Positions 43,507 to 54,111 of a stretch of DNA of 64,000 bases are shown here, one piece after another (the first letter of the stretch is position 1; each line of letters starts with the position of its first letter). Both the position numbers and the translations under genes were made by a program. Where the stretch lies: the NCBI GenBank assembly GCA_937625935.1, contig OW569382.1:248001-312000 (forward strand), read 5' to 3'. Origin of the DNA: Tetramitus jugosus (taxonomy: Eukaryota; Protista; Heterolobosea). The notes under the pieces were generated by a model, which saw only the letters and a list, made by a program, of their open reading frames with translations, did not search any database and was not told the DNA's origin.

Positions 43507-46500
43507 GTTAATAAAACGAGTTGTAATGTAGATTTTTATGTGATTGCAATCACTTTGTGTTGCGTTTATTCGTTAGTGTGTATGAGAAAGCGAAAACTCA
43601 TACTGTTCAACTCCTGATTCATTTGCCAAAGCATGAATGGAATAAGGTCATTCACACAGGAGGAGTCCTTTGGAGAGAGTCTCATTGCAGAATAATTGCT
43701 ACTCATGTTCGCACTGATGCCTAGCTCATCAGTGATGGGTACCTCTGTTTCCCTTCTGGAAATATCAGCCTCTGTTAGACGAGGAGGAAAGCTTTTGTAC
43801 ACAGTCTCTGTACTTGACACTTTTCTTTGAATTACCATCCATCGTCAATCGATACTAGCTTGATCCTGCTTTCAGTATGTTGTTACTTTGTTGTTACTTA
43901 TTCATCACTCAGCTCACTACGATTTGATGAACGTAGCTATTCATTGTTCAATTCCTTTTATCCCAGTAGATCCTTACAACTGTAAAACTAGCACCTATTG
44001 TATAGTGACCGTCGTCCAAGAATAATCACTTTTTCGTCAGTTCATACTAGAGTCATTCAAAGTGTGGTTGGTTCTTCTTCACGAAGAACATCACATAGAA
44101 CACAGGTTTTTCGACTTCTTCTTTTCCCATTAGTGGATTGTTCCTCTGTAATCTTCAGGTATTATTTCATTGCTTGAGCCATTGCTTGGCATCTCTTTCG
44201 GGAAATCAACTCCTTTTATCAAAAAACAATCACGAACTTGTATTGTTCCTAAGGTTGGCTTGTACCTTTGTGAGTCAGCAGTGTTTTCTATAGATCCTTG
44301 TTGTAGTGGCACCACAGTGGTTCGTCATATCGTCGTCGCAACTCTGTCTGGTTCAGAGATTTTTCAGCATTACTCCAGTTGAGAAGTCCTCATCTTCTCT
44401 TCTGTTATCTTATCTTGATCGTCCATGGACTGACCTTGGTTGAATCGAGCAACGTGCGATCTCTTCTCATAGATATCACTCTTACTAGTTCTGCTCTTTG
44501 TCCTTTAACAGTATTGCTCTTTGTCTGTCGTCACCCAATGATCTATTACCCAATGATCTATTCTCTTCGAATAGTCAACTGAATTCATGCACATTGCTCT
44601 TGGCCGAATCTGAATAGAACCTATCGTGTGTAGTATATGAAGTTTCCTTCACCAAAACAAATCCAATGTCTAAAAGCTCTATTGCCATTTCTGGCTCTTT
44701 TCCTTCAAGTGACCTGAGAGATGGCAATCTTGTGTGGATACGTACCATTTAGTGATTGATTCCTTTGGGTGTGTGTTAGCCACACACAATCTTCAAATCA
44801 TCTGTTGTAGTGTAGGAGGTTAAGGGATTTTTCATCCATCCACCGAGTGGAAGTTCCTTCACAATGATCCAAACAGTCCGAATCAATAGTATAGGGGGTA
44901 GGGGTGAGAGTAAAATACTCATGCCGCTTCGATAGAGTAGTTGATTGTCGTGGTTGTTGCATGACCAGACTGAAGAACTCTCTTCACTGAGCTGACGTGT
45001 GGATTGAGTGAACCAAGGAAGGATTGATTTTTGCATACCTTCATTCCTATCCTTGTCACCTTTCTTCCTCACACTCAGTCATCCTAACGTTTTCACCAGG
45101 TAAGATTCAGTCATCTTGTAGTTCGCCTGTCGCAGTTTGTCAACATTTTCATCGTCGTCATCATCTGTCGTCTATCTTCCAAGTTATCATCATATCACTT
45201 GATCAATTGTAAATAGCTCTGCTTACACGTAGGTAGTTTTCTCGCATATAATAAAGTAAACCTTAAAATTTCCATTTTCTGAATGATCGTCCTAATACAT
45301 CTATCTGCACAATTGCTTTCTTCTGCCAATCAACATCTCTGTGAGTCCCAGGGAGCTCGTGAACCAACACACACTAGCCAGTGTGTGCTGGCCACATCAG
45401 AGAAGATGATACATGTATAGGATTAAAATGTGTCAGTAACTTTTATCACAATTCCAAGCTGCACTGAAGCAGCATTGGAATGCGAATGTTCTCATGAAGA
45501 ACGGAAAATTCTTTCAGAAGGAGTAGGTCACCAAAACAACAATTGTAAGGTAGCAAGAAACACTCCGATTACATACCATCACCCTGAGACTGACTGCATC
45601 CACTGGTAGTATGTGGATACAGTCAAGAAGTGAGCAGTGCTTCTCTATAGAGTACGTGTTCCGAACGGATCCAACAAACCAAAAAGTGTATCAAAAACTC
45701 AAACATTATTACTATTATTGCTACTATTATCGTATATAAAAATCGTCCTAGCTAGATAAGCTATCATCCGCTTCTGTAGGGTACTTAATGTACATCCGAG
45801 TTGTGATAATTCTTTATTTCCCGTAGTAGTTAACACTCAAGACTGTTTCTTCTCTTGACAACAAGAAAGATCTTCCTCAACACTTCAAACTTGAACCTAG
45901 AGTTGTTGTGATCATGTCAGCACAAAAACAAACGCTGAACACTGAGACTACTTGCCGTCGGTTTGGTTCACCTTACACATGAACACTTCTTTCGTTCTAT
46001 GCCGTGAAAAGTAAAGGAGGAAATGACGGAGGAGAACACAGTAAAACCAATCAAAAAACAAAAATGTCGACAGCAGTGCAAACAAACGTTTCTGAGAAAG
46101 CGAATACGAGTATGACTAGATCAATCTGAGTGGTGGTAGGTGTGGTCCATGTGTAGTTGATGATTGTGTGAACGTAGAAGTGAAAGAACACTGGAACGAT
46201 GTTGAAACGGTTCCTTTTGAGTTGTTGCTTGGTACCTTTGGAGTTTACCTTCTGGCTAACATCATGGGTAGTTTAGTACTCATCATATCATGGTTATTAG
46301 TTTCGGGATTGTGTGTGATTGGTTTGCTTTGTGTGACTATTGCTCGGTTGATCCGTCCGAGCTGGCTTTTAAACCTTCGGTCTGCGATCAAGTTGTATTC
46401 TTGGGTTCCTGAAATAAATTGTTGGTTGACCTGAATTTGTCCATCCTTGGTGATTTGAACACATCGAGTAAAACAGATCATTCAAAAATAGTCTGTTTTG

Positions 46501-46560
46501 ATTCCTTTTCAAGTTTGATTGATGGATATTTTTTTGGTTTCTCTTCCTTCATAACCTTTG

Positions 46561-47988
46561 TTACCATCTTCCTTGTCGCAGAATAACACCTGGACGAGGA
46601 GGCACAACTACAGGAGCGTTGGCAGCGTCTTCATCAGTTAGTACTGGGTCCTGCCTTGGAATACACTGATAGTTTGAGAGGGCATCCACCTGCCACAGAT
46701 AGCCTGGATACTTTCTGAACCGTTGTTGCTTTTTTGCTGCACCGATAGCATAGTTGTTGTGCACTACATACACATCGGCAAACCTAGAGCGTGGCAAACT
46801 TGGATCAAAGTAGAACATGCCATTGGGGAAGAGATTTCCTGGGAGATAGGCCACTTTGATTTGTCCCCTAGTAGCTGCTCTCTGAATCATTTGTTGTTCA
46901 TTGTCAATCGATGGGTCAATAGCATTTTGTGTCAATTTTGTAAATTCCAAAGTCACATTCCTCCACACTTCCTTCATTTTGCCTGTGTTCTTCATGTACA
47001 AAAATCCACCACAGGTGACATGTTGATCGTGTACAGGGCTATCATCTTGAGCAATCAGATCATATTCCTTAAACTGTTCATTCAACAAGTATGGAATGGG
47101 ATTGCGCAGCCAAACAGAATCATTATCAGCGATAATCACGTTCAAATCAGAAGTCACCAATAACTTCTTAATAAACTCAGTTCTGTACAATATTAATCTC
47201 TGATAACCAAGTGTTTGAAAAGAGAGAGAACTTCCATCACTGGTGCTGTGATCCTTGGAAGCTCTCTTGTCTATAAACACATTGAAAAAGTTGTGTTGTG
47301 TAATGAGCTCCCATGCAATCTTTGAATCTGGAGTGTAGATGATTACTTGATCCAAAATCGATTGTCCACTTCCATCTGGCAAATTCTTGATACTACACAA
47401 CCAATTATAGAGGTAAGCTCTAAATCCAAATGTTGTCGTCGTCGCAATAATTTGTCTTGCTGCTTGTTTATTGCCTTCCTTGTCATAAATGGGCGTCGCA
47501 ATTCGCGCCACTTTTTCTTGTAAAGTTTCATGGAGGGCATATTTCGCAAATAGAGCCACACTGGCAGAGCTTTCCTGTGTGGTGGTCCATTTGGCAAGCT
47601 CTTGTTCATTCCAAGCTTGTTCATTAAATTCTGAGGAATGAAAATCGAGCAATGCATTGACATGCTGTGGCTCTGGTTCCTTCTTCTTCTTCTGAGGAGG
47701 AGGAGGAGGAGTAGAAACAACAGCATCAGCAGCAGCAGTAGGAATAACAGGAGCAGTATCAAGAGCACCTGCGAGTGGTGGTGATTGACCAATAGGAGAT
47801 GCATCATCACGCTCTATCCGTCTTACGCAACCAACAAACAACAAGGAGAGAATAAAAAAGACGAGAAAAAATTTACTCTTGGAAGAGATGAGGACACGGT
47901 GAGTTTGGTCGCAGAATGATGATTGTGGTCGGGATTCTTCTGATGATGAGAATCGATGACGTGGAGTCCTAGAGGTGGCTACTATCAT
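46561..47988 (-). CDS. Type II membrane nucleotide-diphospho-sugar transferase (GT77-like)
   Basis: TM anchor and Pro-rich stem. DxD motif in ADNDSVWLRNP, plus CGGFLY, NEQ, LFPNG and VHNNY. Confidence 0.85.
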   Translation of the reverse strand: MIVATSRTPRHRFSSSEESRPQSSFCDQTHRVLISSKSKFFLVFFILSLLFVGCVRRIERDDASPIGQSPPLAGALDTAPVIPTAAADAVVSTPPPPPQKKKKEPEPQHVNALLDFHSSEFNEQAWNEQELAKWTTTQESSASVALFAKYALHETLQEKVARIATPIYDKEGNKQAARQIIATTTTFGFRAYLYNWLCSIKNLPDGSGQSILDQVIIYTPDSKIAWELITQHNFFNVFIDKRASKDHSTSDGSSLSFQTLGYQRLILYRTEFIKKLLVTSDLNVIIADNDSVWLRNPIPYLLNEQFKEYDLIAQDDSPVHDQHVTCGGFLYMKNTGKMKEVWRNVTLEFTKLTQNAIDPSIDNEQQMIQRAATRGQIKVAYLPGNLFPNGMFYFDPSLPRSRFADVYVVHNNYAIGAAKKQQRFRKYPGYLWQVDALSNYQCIPRQDPVLTDEDAANAPVVVPPRPGVILRQGRW

Positions 47989-49526
47989 GTGTTGTTGGTT
48001 TCGTGTTGTTTGTTTCTGTGCAAGTTGTTTTCCTTGGGTATAATTGTACGTGAATTCATTGAAGAGAGTGGAAAATATTTCCCTACGGACATGGCGGAAA
48101 AGACCATCACATTGGACTCTACACCTTCACATGGGAAGTTATGTGAAGGTGAAGAGTAGGGATAGAATCTTCTTGTGGAATAGGTCATTCCTTCTCACAT
48201 ATTCCTCATTGCAACACCAGCTCACTTCATCACACCACGCCAAATTCATCTGGATGAATCAACTCAATTATTACTTGGTTACAGAGGTTGCCTATTGGAA
48301 GCTGCTTGAAAATCGAACACAGAACAGAAAGGCTGTTCGCAAATTGATTCGTCAATTGAAGAACCAAGATGCGCTTTTGAAACGATTTGAATCACCCATT
48401 AGGAACTACCAGAGCAAGAACTGCATGGGTTGTGCAAGTCAAGTAGGCACCATATCGGATGGTGGAGATAACTTCAATAGTCTGTATACCTTGTTTTATC
48501 ACAGTTTGAAACAGTTGGTTTACGGAGGCGTACTTCGGCGGTTGTGAGTAATGATTTGAGTGCGTTTCGGAGTGACGAATCAGTGGAGGACTTGAAGCGA
48601 GTTCAACGTCAAGAACTCAATTTCTGGAGTACTAAGATTCACGCCAAGAGCTTTTTCTTTTTTTTCTTACATGGAATACAAAGATTAAAAGATCTCATTA
48701 ATAGAGAGGGCTGATTCTTTAGTACAATGGTCGCACTGTTGGGTTCTCGTTCAGTGCACAGCAATCGTTCCATTTTTGACTATGAATTGTCTTGGATTCA
48801 GGCAATCATCGATCGTTATCCAGTCGATACTCATCTATATCAGAACGTGCTTTTTTTTCTGCTGTCGTATCCAAGTCATCTAACACTTACGAGTTGATGC
48901 AGTCTTTGCAGCTTGGCACCATTGATCTAAAGTGAGACCATTAGGATCAGTGGTCACACTAAACAAACTGAGTTTACATTGAGTTAGTTGATGTTCTACA
49001 GAGACCCAAAAGAGGTGGTAGACTTTTCATACAAAGAAAAGATAGCTTAAAGTACATCTGTCTATCCTGTTTCCTGACAAGATCGAAATCATTGAATAGT
49101 TTGGAAACCATTTCACGGTTTCCAAACTCCAGGCTGCACAGCAGAAAAAATTACCTCTTTCGGTAGTTTCTTGTAGAAACCAACAACGGTAAACTATTAA
49201 AACAACATATTCTAAAGCGTTGAGAACCCCTAGGCTCAAGTAAGGCAAGGCGATCTCAGATCATCACCTTATTCCCTGAAAATCCACGACTTCCAAATTC
49301 AAAGCGAAAATTTAATCCCACGTTACTTACACATCATCTGTAATGCTAAGTATTGTCAAAGAACATGATCTTGAACAATGGAGTGTCGAACAATGGAGTT
49401 CCAAACACTTGTTCTTGTAACATTAGTGTTCCCATTACTAGAGTAGTAGGGGTACTTGCCAACTCAAAATGAACAGGATTGTTAATTCGTGATGAGAATG
49501 GTTTTGGCTCTCAAAAAAATAGATAT

Positions 49527-49599
49527 CTCCTCCAGTTGGGCTCGAACCAACGACCTGCAGGTTAACAGCCTGACGCTCTACCAACTGAGCCATGGAGGA
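49527..49599 (-). tRNA. tRNA-Asn (GTT)
   Basis: Reverse complement folds as TCCTCCA/TGGAGGA acceptor stem, GCTC/GAGC D stem, loop CTGTTAA and T loop TTCGAGC. A T7 terminator lies downstream (49513-49519). Confidence 0.95.
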
Positions 49600-49655
49600 A
49601 TTGTTTCATAGTTCCTTGCGCGAGTAGTAAAACGCAGTAAAAACGCTCATGAAAT

Positions 49656-51049
49656 AAAAAAACCCCGATGAAAAAACGAACACACACCCCTGTTGTTCGT
49701 GAGTATGAGAATCCACGCTATGCTGTGTGGACCACAGCACCAAGAGGAACTGCACCAAGCAGCAAGGAGGTCATCATCACTGGAAAGTGTGATGACTCTC
49801 CCAAGGCTGCCTTGGCCAAGAAGCTTGGCTTGGATTTTGGTGATTTGCTCACCAGGGTCCAAGTCATCAAGAAGGGCCCCAAGAGGTTTGTTGCGTGGGT
49901 AACTGTTGTTGATGACAACATTTACCCATTTGTTGAATCCTTCAACCGCAACAAGAAGACGAGTGGCTGCAAGACAGCACTCAAGCACAACGTAGATTGT
50001 GCCAAGAAGGTCGTCCTCCACGGTGTCAAAGGTAAGACGGAGGACGACATCAAGGCCATGCTTGGCACAACAAAGGTCAAGAACGTGCTCAAGAAGCATG
50101 ACACCGCCTTTGTTGTGATGGAGTCCGAAACGTATGCCGAAGCTTTGCTTCGGAATGTTCAATCCATGCCAGTGGAGGTGGAAGCAAAGCGCCTCATTCC
50201 ACGCCCATGTGATCTGGTCAAGGCTGTCAGCAAGAGGCTGACCAAGATGTACCAAGAGCTACTGGCTGTGGTGGACGACCTGCGCCACCAAGTCAGTGTG
50301 TTAAAAGATACGGCTTCCGTCAACCGGATTCCCCTCGCATCCCTGTCTCCAAGGACGCCGGAGCGAATCTCCGAATTCGAACCTTCGACTCCGTCTACGA
50401 CCGATGATTGGGAGTCGATCATGCCGGAGTCCCATCCCGCCACTCCAACTACGGTCACCCAAGAGCCAACCAACAACACCATTGATGAGGATGCTCGTAA
50501 CAGAGCAATCCTCGAGCTAGTATTGAACACCTCCGAGGTGTTCAAGAAAGTCAAGAAAGAGATTGCTGCCCGAGCAATCATGGTGGACCGTGCAAGAAGC
50601 ACAACCACCGAAGAAGATCCAGTTGAGTTGGATCTCAGTAACCCCGACTGTGAGTTACAGAGTCCCCAACTCAACGAACACAAGAAGCGATCAGCACGTG
50701 TCACCGTTGGTGACACTGCTGCCAACAAGATCCCGGCCAGGTTGGCCAGTATCAAGTCAGGTGCTCTCCGTAGGTCCTATCAACTGGCTAGGACTACGGA
50801 GCCATCTGACCTCACCAGTGGTGCTCCAGATGGTAGTGGAGGCCCTCGCAACGAATCCCTGAAGAAGGGATCAAAACAACATTCCAAGAAGAGAATGAAT
50901 CCTGTTGCGTAGGCCTGCCACTCCACTGGGCAAGCACCACATCATGTTAGACAATTGAGAGCAGGCAAGCCTGCTCTCACGCAAAAGAAAAATAAAAGTT
51001 CCGCAACGTGGTGCGTGAGCACCATTTGTTGTATTAAAAAAAAAAAAAA
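49656..51049 (+). mobile_element. ORF1-only non-LTR retroelement (about 1.4 kb) with structured 3' UTR and A14 tail
   Basis: Flanked by the near-perfect 17-bp duplication AAAAACGC(T/C)CATGAAAT (49639-49655; 51045-51061). Has homologous copies at 52176-52750 (+) and 52751-54111 (-). Confidence 0.8.
49668..50912 (+). CDS. Retroelement ORF1-like protein (RRM-like folds + coiled coil)
   Basis: Intact 414-aa ORF, GC-richer than host genes. VVLHGVKGKTEDDIKAML...TAFVVMESETYAEALL is RRM-like. Multicopy within the window. Confidence 0.65.
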   Translation: MKKRTHTPVVREYENPRYAVWTTAPRGTAPSSKEVIITGKCDDSPKAALAKKLGLDFGDLLTRVQVIKKGPKRFVAWVTVVDDNIYPFVESFNRNKKTSGCKTALKHNVDCAKKVVLHGVKGKTEDDIKAMLGTTKVKNVLKKHDTAFVVMESETYAEALLRNVQSMPVEVEAKRLIPRPCDLVKAVSKRLTKMYQELLAVVDDLRHQVSVLKDTASVNRIPLASLSPRTPERISEFEPSTPSTTDDWESIMPESHPATPTTVTQEPTNNTIDEDARNRAILELVLNTSEVFKKVKKEIAARAIMVDRARSTTTEEDPVELDLSNPDCELQSPQLNEHKKRSARVTVGDTAANKIPARLASIKSGALRRSYQLARTTEPSDLTSGAPDGSGGPRNESLKKGSKQHSKKRMNPVA

Positions 51050-51060
51050 CGCCCATGAAA

Positions 51061-52182
51061 TGGCTCAAGAGCGATGTCACAGTTTCCTTCCGAGTTACTG
51101 TCGGTCAGTAGCGATCGTGGATCAGTGGGTCTCAATGACATAGAGGAAACTATAACCGCACAAACCGCCTGGTTTATCGGATCAATGGTGTCTGGTAAGA
51201 GGGACACGGAAGCGAAGCAGTTGCTGCTTGACACGCTTGAGGAAATCAAGCACACACAAACATTCCAGCATGAGAATGTCTTCCAGTCAAGCAACCGCCT
51301 CGAGTACGTCAAGAACACTTACCTTAAGTGGTGTGCACAAAGGATGCACACCCAAGGCATTACACTTAACAATGGGAGCATCCACCGCAATTGTGACGAT
51401 TGTAACATTGCCCGGTATGTTCCAACAACTATTCTCAAGAAGCAGTTCAAGGGTGGAATCACTAACAGAAGTCAGCTGATGGTTGGTGTGAGAGTCATGA
51501 GTTTAAAAGAGATCAAAAACAAGTTCCCAGGATGCAAGATTGGAACAAGGTCTCATGAGTTGTTGACAATAATGGTGTCACAAATGAATGAATGTGAGTG
51601 CACTCCGACGTTAGAGACTAACGCCAGAGTCTCTGTAGAGCAAACTTTGATGATAGGACAATATCCCGTCGAGGGCAGAGAGCAAATACAGTTGCGTATG
51701 GAGCATGAGAGACTCTGCAGGATTAAAGAGATTGGCGGTCTGTGGTGGTTACAAGTTGAAGCAATGGATGGTGGGGTGGACTGTAGTTTTCTAAAGTACC
51801 CCCACAAGATTGATAGAAAGCTGGAGTGGTTCTATGCACAAGTGCGGAGTGGTACTTTGCACACTCGAGAAGTCATGAGGGTATTTTATGGAAAAAATGA
51901 AGCTCCAACAGTGTGTGAAAGATGTAACAAGGAGTCAGAGACTATTCTACATTGTCTCATTCGCTGTCCACGAGCCATTTTGACTAGAAGAATGGCTATG
52001 TCGGTAGGTGATGAACTGAGTGGTCTGGGAGTCCACCCAAAGCACCAGATAGACCTATGGTTCGACTCTGTGTGTTGGAAAGGAGGTAAGCTGAGTGTGC
52101 AACCAAACCGAAAATCGAGCGTTATCCATTGTAAATATTCAGAAAATAAAACAGAGCAACCAGTTGGTTGTATTTAAAAAAA
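51061..52182 (+). mobile_element. 5'-truncated L1/Tx1-like non-LTR retrotransposon: ORF2 C-terminal fragment (51074-52177) with zf-RVT finger
   Basis: Post-RT motif GSVGLNDI (GGLG-like) and CCHC finger CERCNKESETILHCLIRC. Ends ...GAGCAACCAGTTGGTTGTATTT-A7. TSD AAAAACGCCCATGAAA at 51045-51060 and 52178-52193. No RT catalytic core is present. Confidence 0.8.
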
Positions 52183-52750
52183 CGCCCATGAAAAAACGAA
52201 CACACACCCCAAGAGGGACTGCACCAAGCAGCAAGGAGGTCATCTCCCAAGGCTGCCTTGGCAAAGAAGATTGGCTCGGATTTTGGTGAATGGCTCACCA
52301 GGGTCCAAGTCATCAAGAAGAGCCCCAAGAGATTTGTTGCGTGTGTAACTGTTGTTGATGACATTTACCCATTTGTTGAATTTTTCAACCGCGACAAGAA
52401 GATGAGTGGATGCAAGGCAGCACTCAAGCACAACGTAGATTGTGCCAAGAAGGTCGTCCTCCACGGTGTCAAAGGTAAGACGGAGGACGACATCAAGGCC
52501 ATGCTTGGCGCAACAAAAGTCAATAATGTGCTCAAGAAGCACAACACTGCTTTTGTTGTGATGGAGGCGGAAACGTATGCTGAAGCTTTGTTTCGGAACG
52601 TTAAATCCAAGCGCTTCCTTCAACGCCCACGTGATCCTGTCAAGGTTGTCAGTAAGAGGCCGACCAATATGTACCATGAGCTCCTGGCAACTACGGTCAC
52701 CCAAGAGCCAATCACCACCAATGCTAATGACGAGGATGCTCGTAACAGAG
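52176..52750 (+). mobile_element. Degenerate, internally deleted copy of the ORF1 element
   Basis: High nucleotide similarity to 49660-50505, with several deletions and frameshifts. Truncated at GAGGATGCTCGTAACAGAG. Confidence 0.85.
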
Positions 52751-53957
52751 AATTTGAGATCTTTCGCTCCAAGGCTTGGTAGGACTTTCCAGTTACCATG
52801 TGATTTCTCTCATGACACAATAATTTGTCAACCCTCCCCAAATCACAGTCTTCTCTTATTCCACGTTGATTTGAGGAAAGCGTCGATGAAAGACTTAGGA
52901 ACTTTTCCTTGACCAATCCACGGATAACTTTCACCAAATTTTTGTACCAGTGCATGAAGCCATTACAGCTTCCTGTCTATACCATGAGGGTATTTGAGGA
53001 AGTTAAAATCTGGGCCCCTGTTTTTGCGGCTCGCGGTAGCCAACGCAGCTCGTCTACTCTTGCACTTCTTGGTCAAACAGAGACTGTAGATGCGATCTCT
53101 ACACATGCAGATTACCCCTCTGCACTTAAGACAGACCTCCGCCATCCGGCTTCCACACCCACTCACCTGGTATACTAACACTGTCACGTTGTTATTTTCT
53201 TCTTTTGGGTCTTGTTCCTCAGATCCTAGCACTCCTCTTCTCTGAATCTCCTTTTCGGAGTCATCATCCACATCCACATTGACTGGTTCGTCCTAAGTCA
53301 AACCATACCTTTTACGAGCAGTAACCAGCGCCAATGCTGCAATTTCCTTCTTCACTCTTGCTAACACATGCTCCAGGATAGGCCGATTCTCAGCACTGAG
53401 CGGTACAACAGATACTGGCTTTCTACTTCCACTAGTTCAAGTAGTCTCCACACTAGCAGTGGTTTGGTCAACTACTTCCTGTTTTGGAACGGTTTGTTTC
53501 TACCTTGATTCCTTGTCTTTCCTAACTCCTTGGTGAGTTTTATGACCTGCTGACGCGGTCCGTCTACCAGCGTCAGCAGCTCCTCCCTCATACATCTTGG
53601 TCAACCTTTTGTTGACAGCTTGAGAGGATCATGACGTATCGAGTTACTTCATAGGCACCATGTTCTTCATGCCGTGGACGACCACCTTTCTTGTGCAATC
53701 AACACTGCGCTTAGGTGCAGCAGTGCTGTTGCCAGGCCTCCTCTCTTTGTTGAAGAACTCAACAAACTCATAGATGCGGTCACCCTTGACCGTCACCCGA
53801 GCAACAAAGCGCTGGCCTTTCCTCTTGATGACTTAGACTCGGTTGAGCCAGTCATCACACATCTCTCCTATCTTTCTTGCCAAAGATGACTGAGAGACAC
53901 CATTACCGTTGCCAGTAATGACGACATGTGATTTCCGTTTTTTCTGAGTTTTTTCAT
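52751..53957 (-). mobile_element. Decayed, diverged relative of the same family (ORF1 remnant ~53957-53170, ORF2 remnant ~53170-52751)
   Basis: Minus-strand translation gives VIKRKGQRFVARVTV...YEFVEFFN...VDCTRKVVVHG and NRPILEHVLARVKKEIAA (ORF1 homology), plus FNFLKYPHGIDRKL (ORF2 homology), with stops and frameshifts. Confidence 0.75.
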
Positions 53958-54111
53958 TTTTTTATTTTTTTTTTAATACAACCAATGGTGCTCGCGCACC
54001 ACGTTGCGGAACTTTTGTATGTTTTTGTGTGAGAGCAGGCTAGCCTGCTCTCGATTGCCTAACATGATGTGGTACTTGCCCAGTGGAGTGGCAGGTCTAT
54101 GCAACAGGATT
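53958..54111 (-). mobile_element. Short 3'-end-only copy of the ORF1-only element
   Basis: Reverse complement matches 50898-51049 (end of ORF1, both hairpins, poly-A). Confidence 0.85.

Noticed and set aside
44720-44745. Minus-strand YPHKI match to retroelement ORF2 (YPHKID)
   Set aside because: Five residues only, with no flanking similarity.
48044-48547. 167-aa ORF as a real gene
   Set aside because: Non-ATG start, no recognisable motif, and the surrounding frames are interrupted. Probably decayed sequence.
49647-50755. Long antisense ORFs (202 and 198 aa) over ORF1, and similar shadow ORFs over host genes
   Set aside because: Explained by codon bias of the sense gene; no independent motifs.
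49639-52193. CRISPR-like or LTR-type repeats
   Set aside because: Only three 16-17-bp copies more than 1 kb apart, two of them following poly-A tails. These fit TSDs; there are no cas genes or LTR hallmarks.
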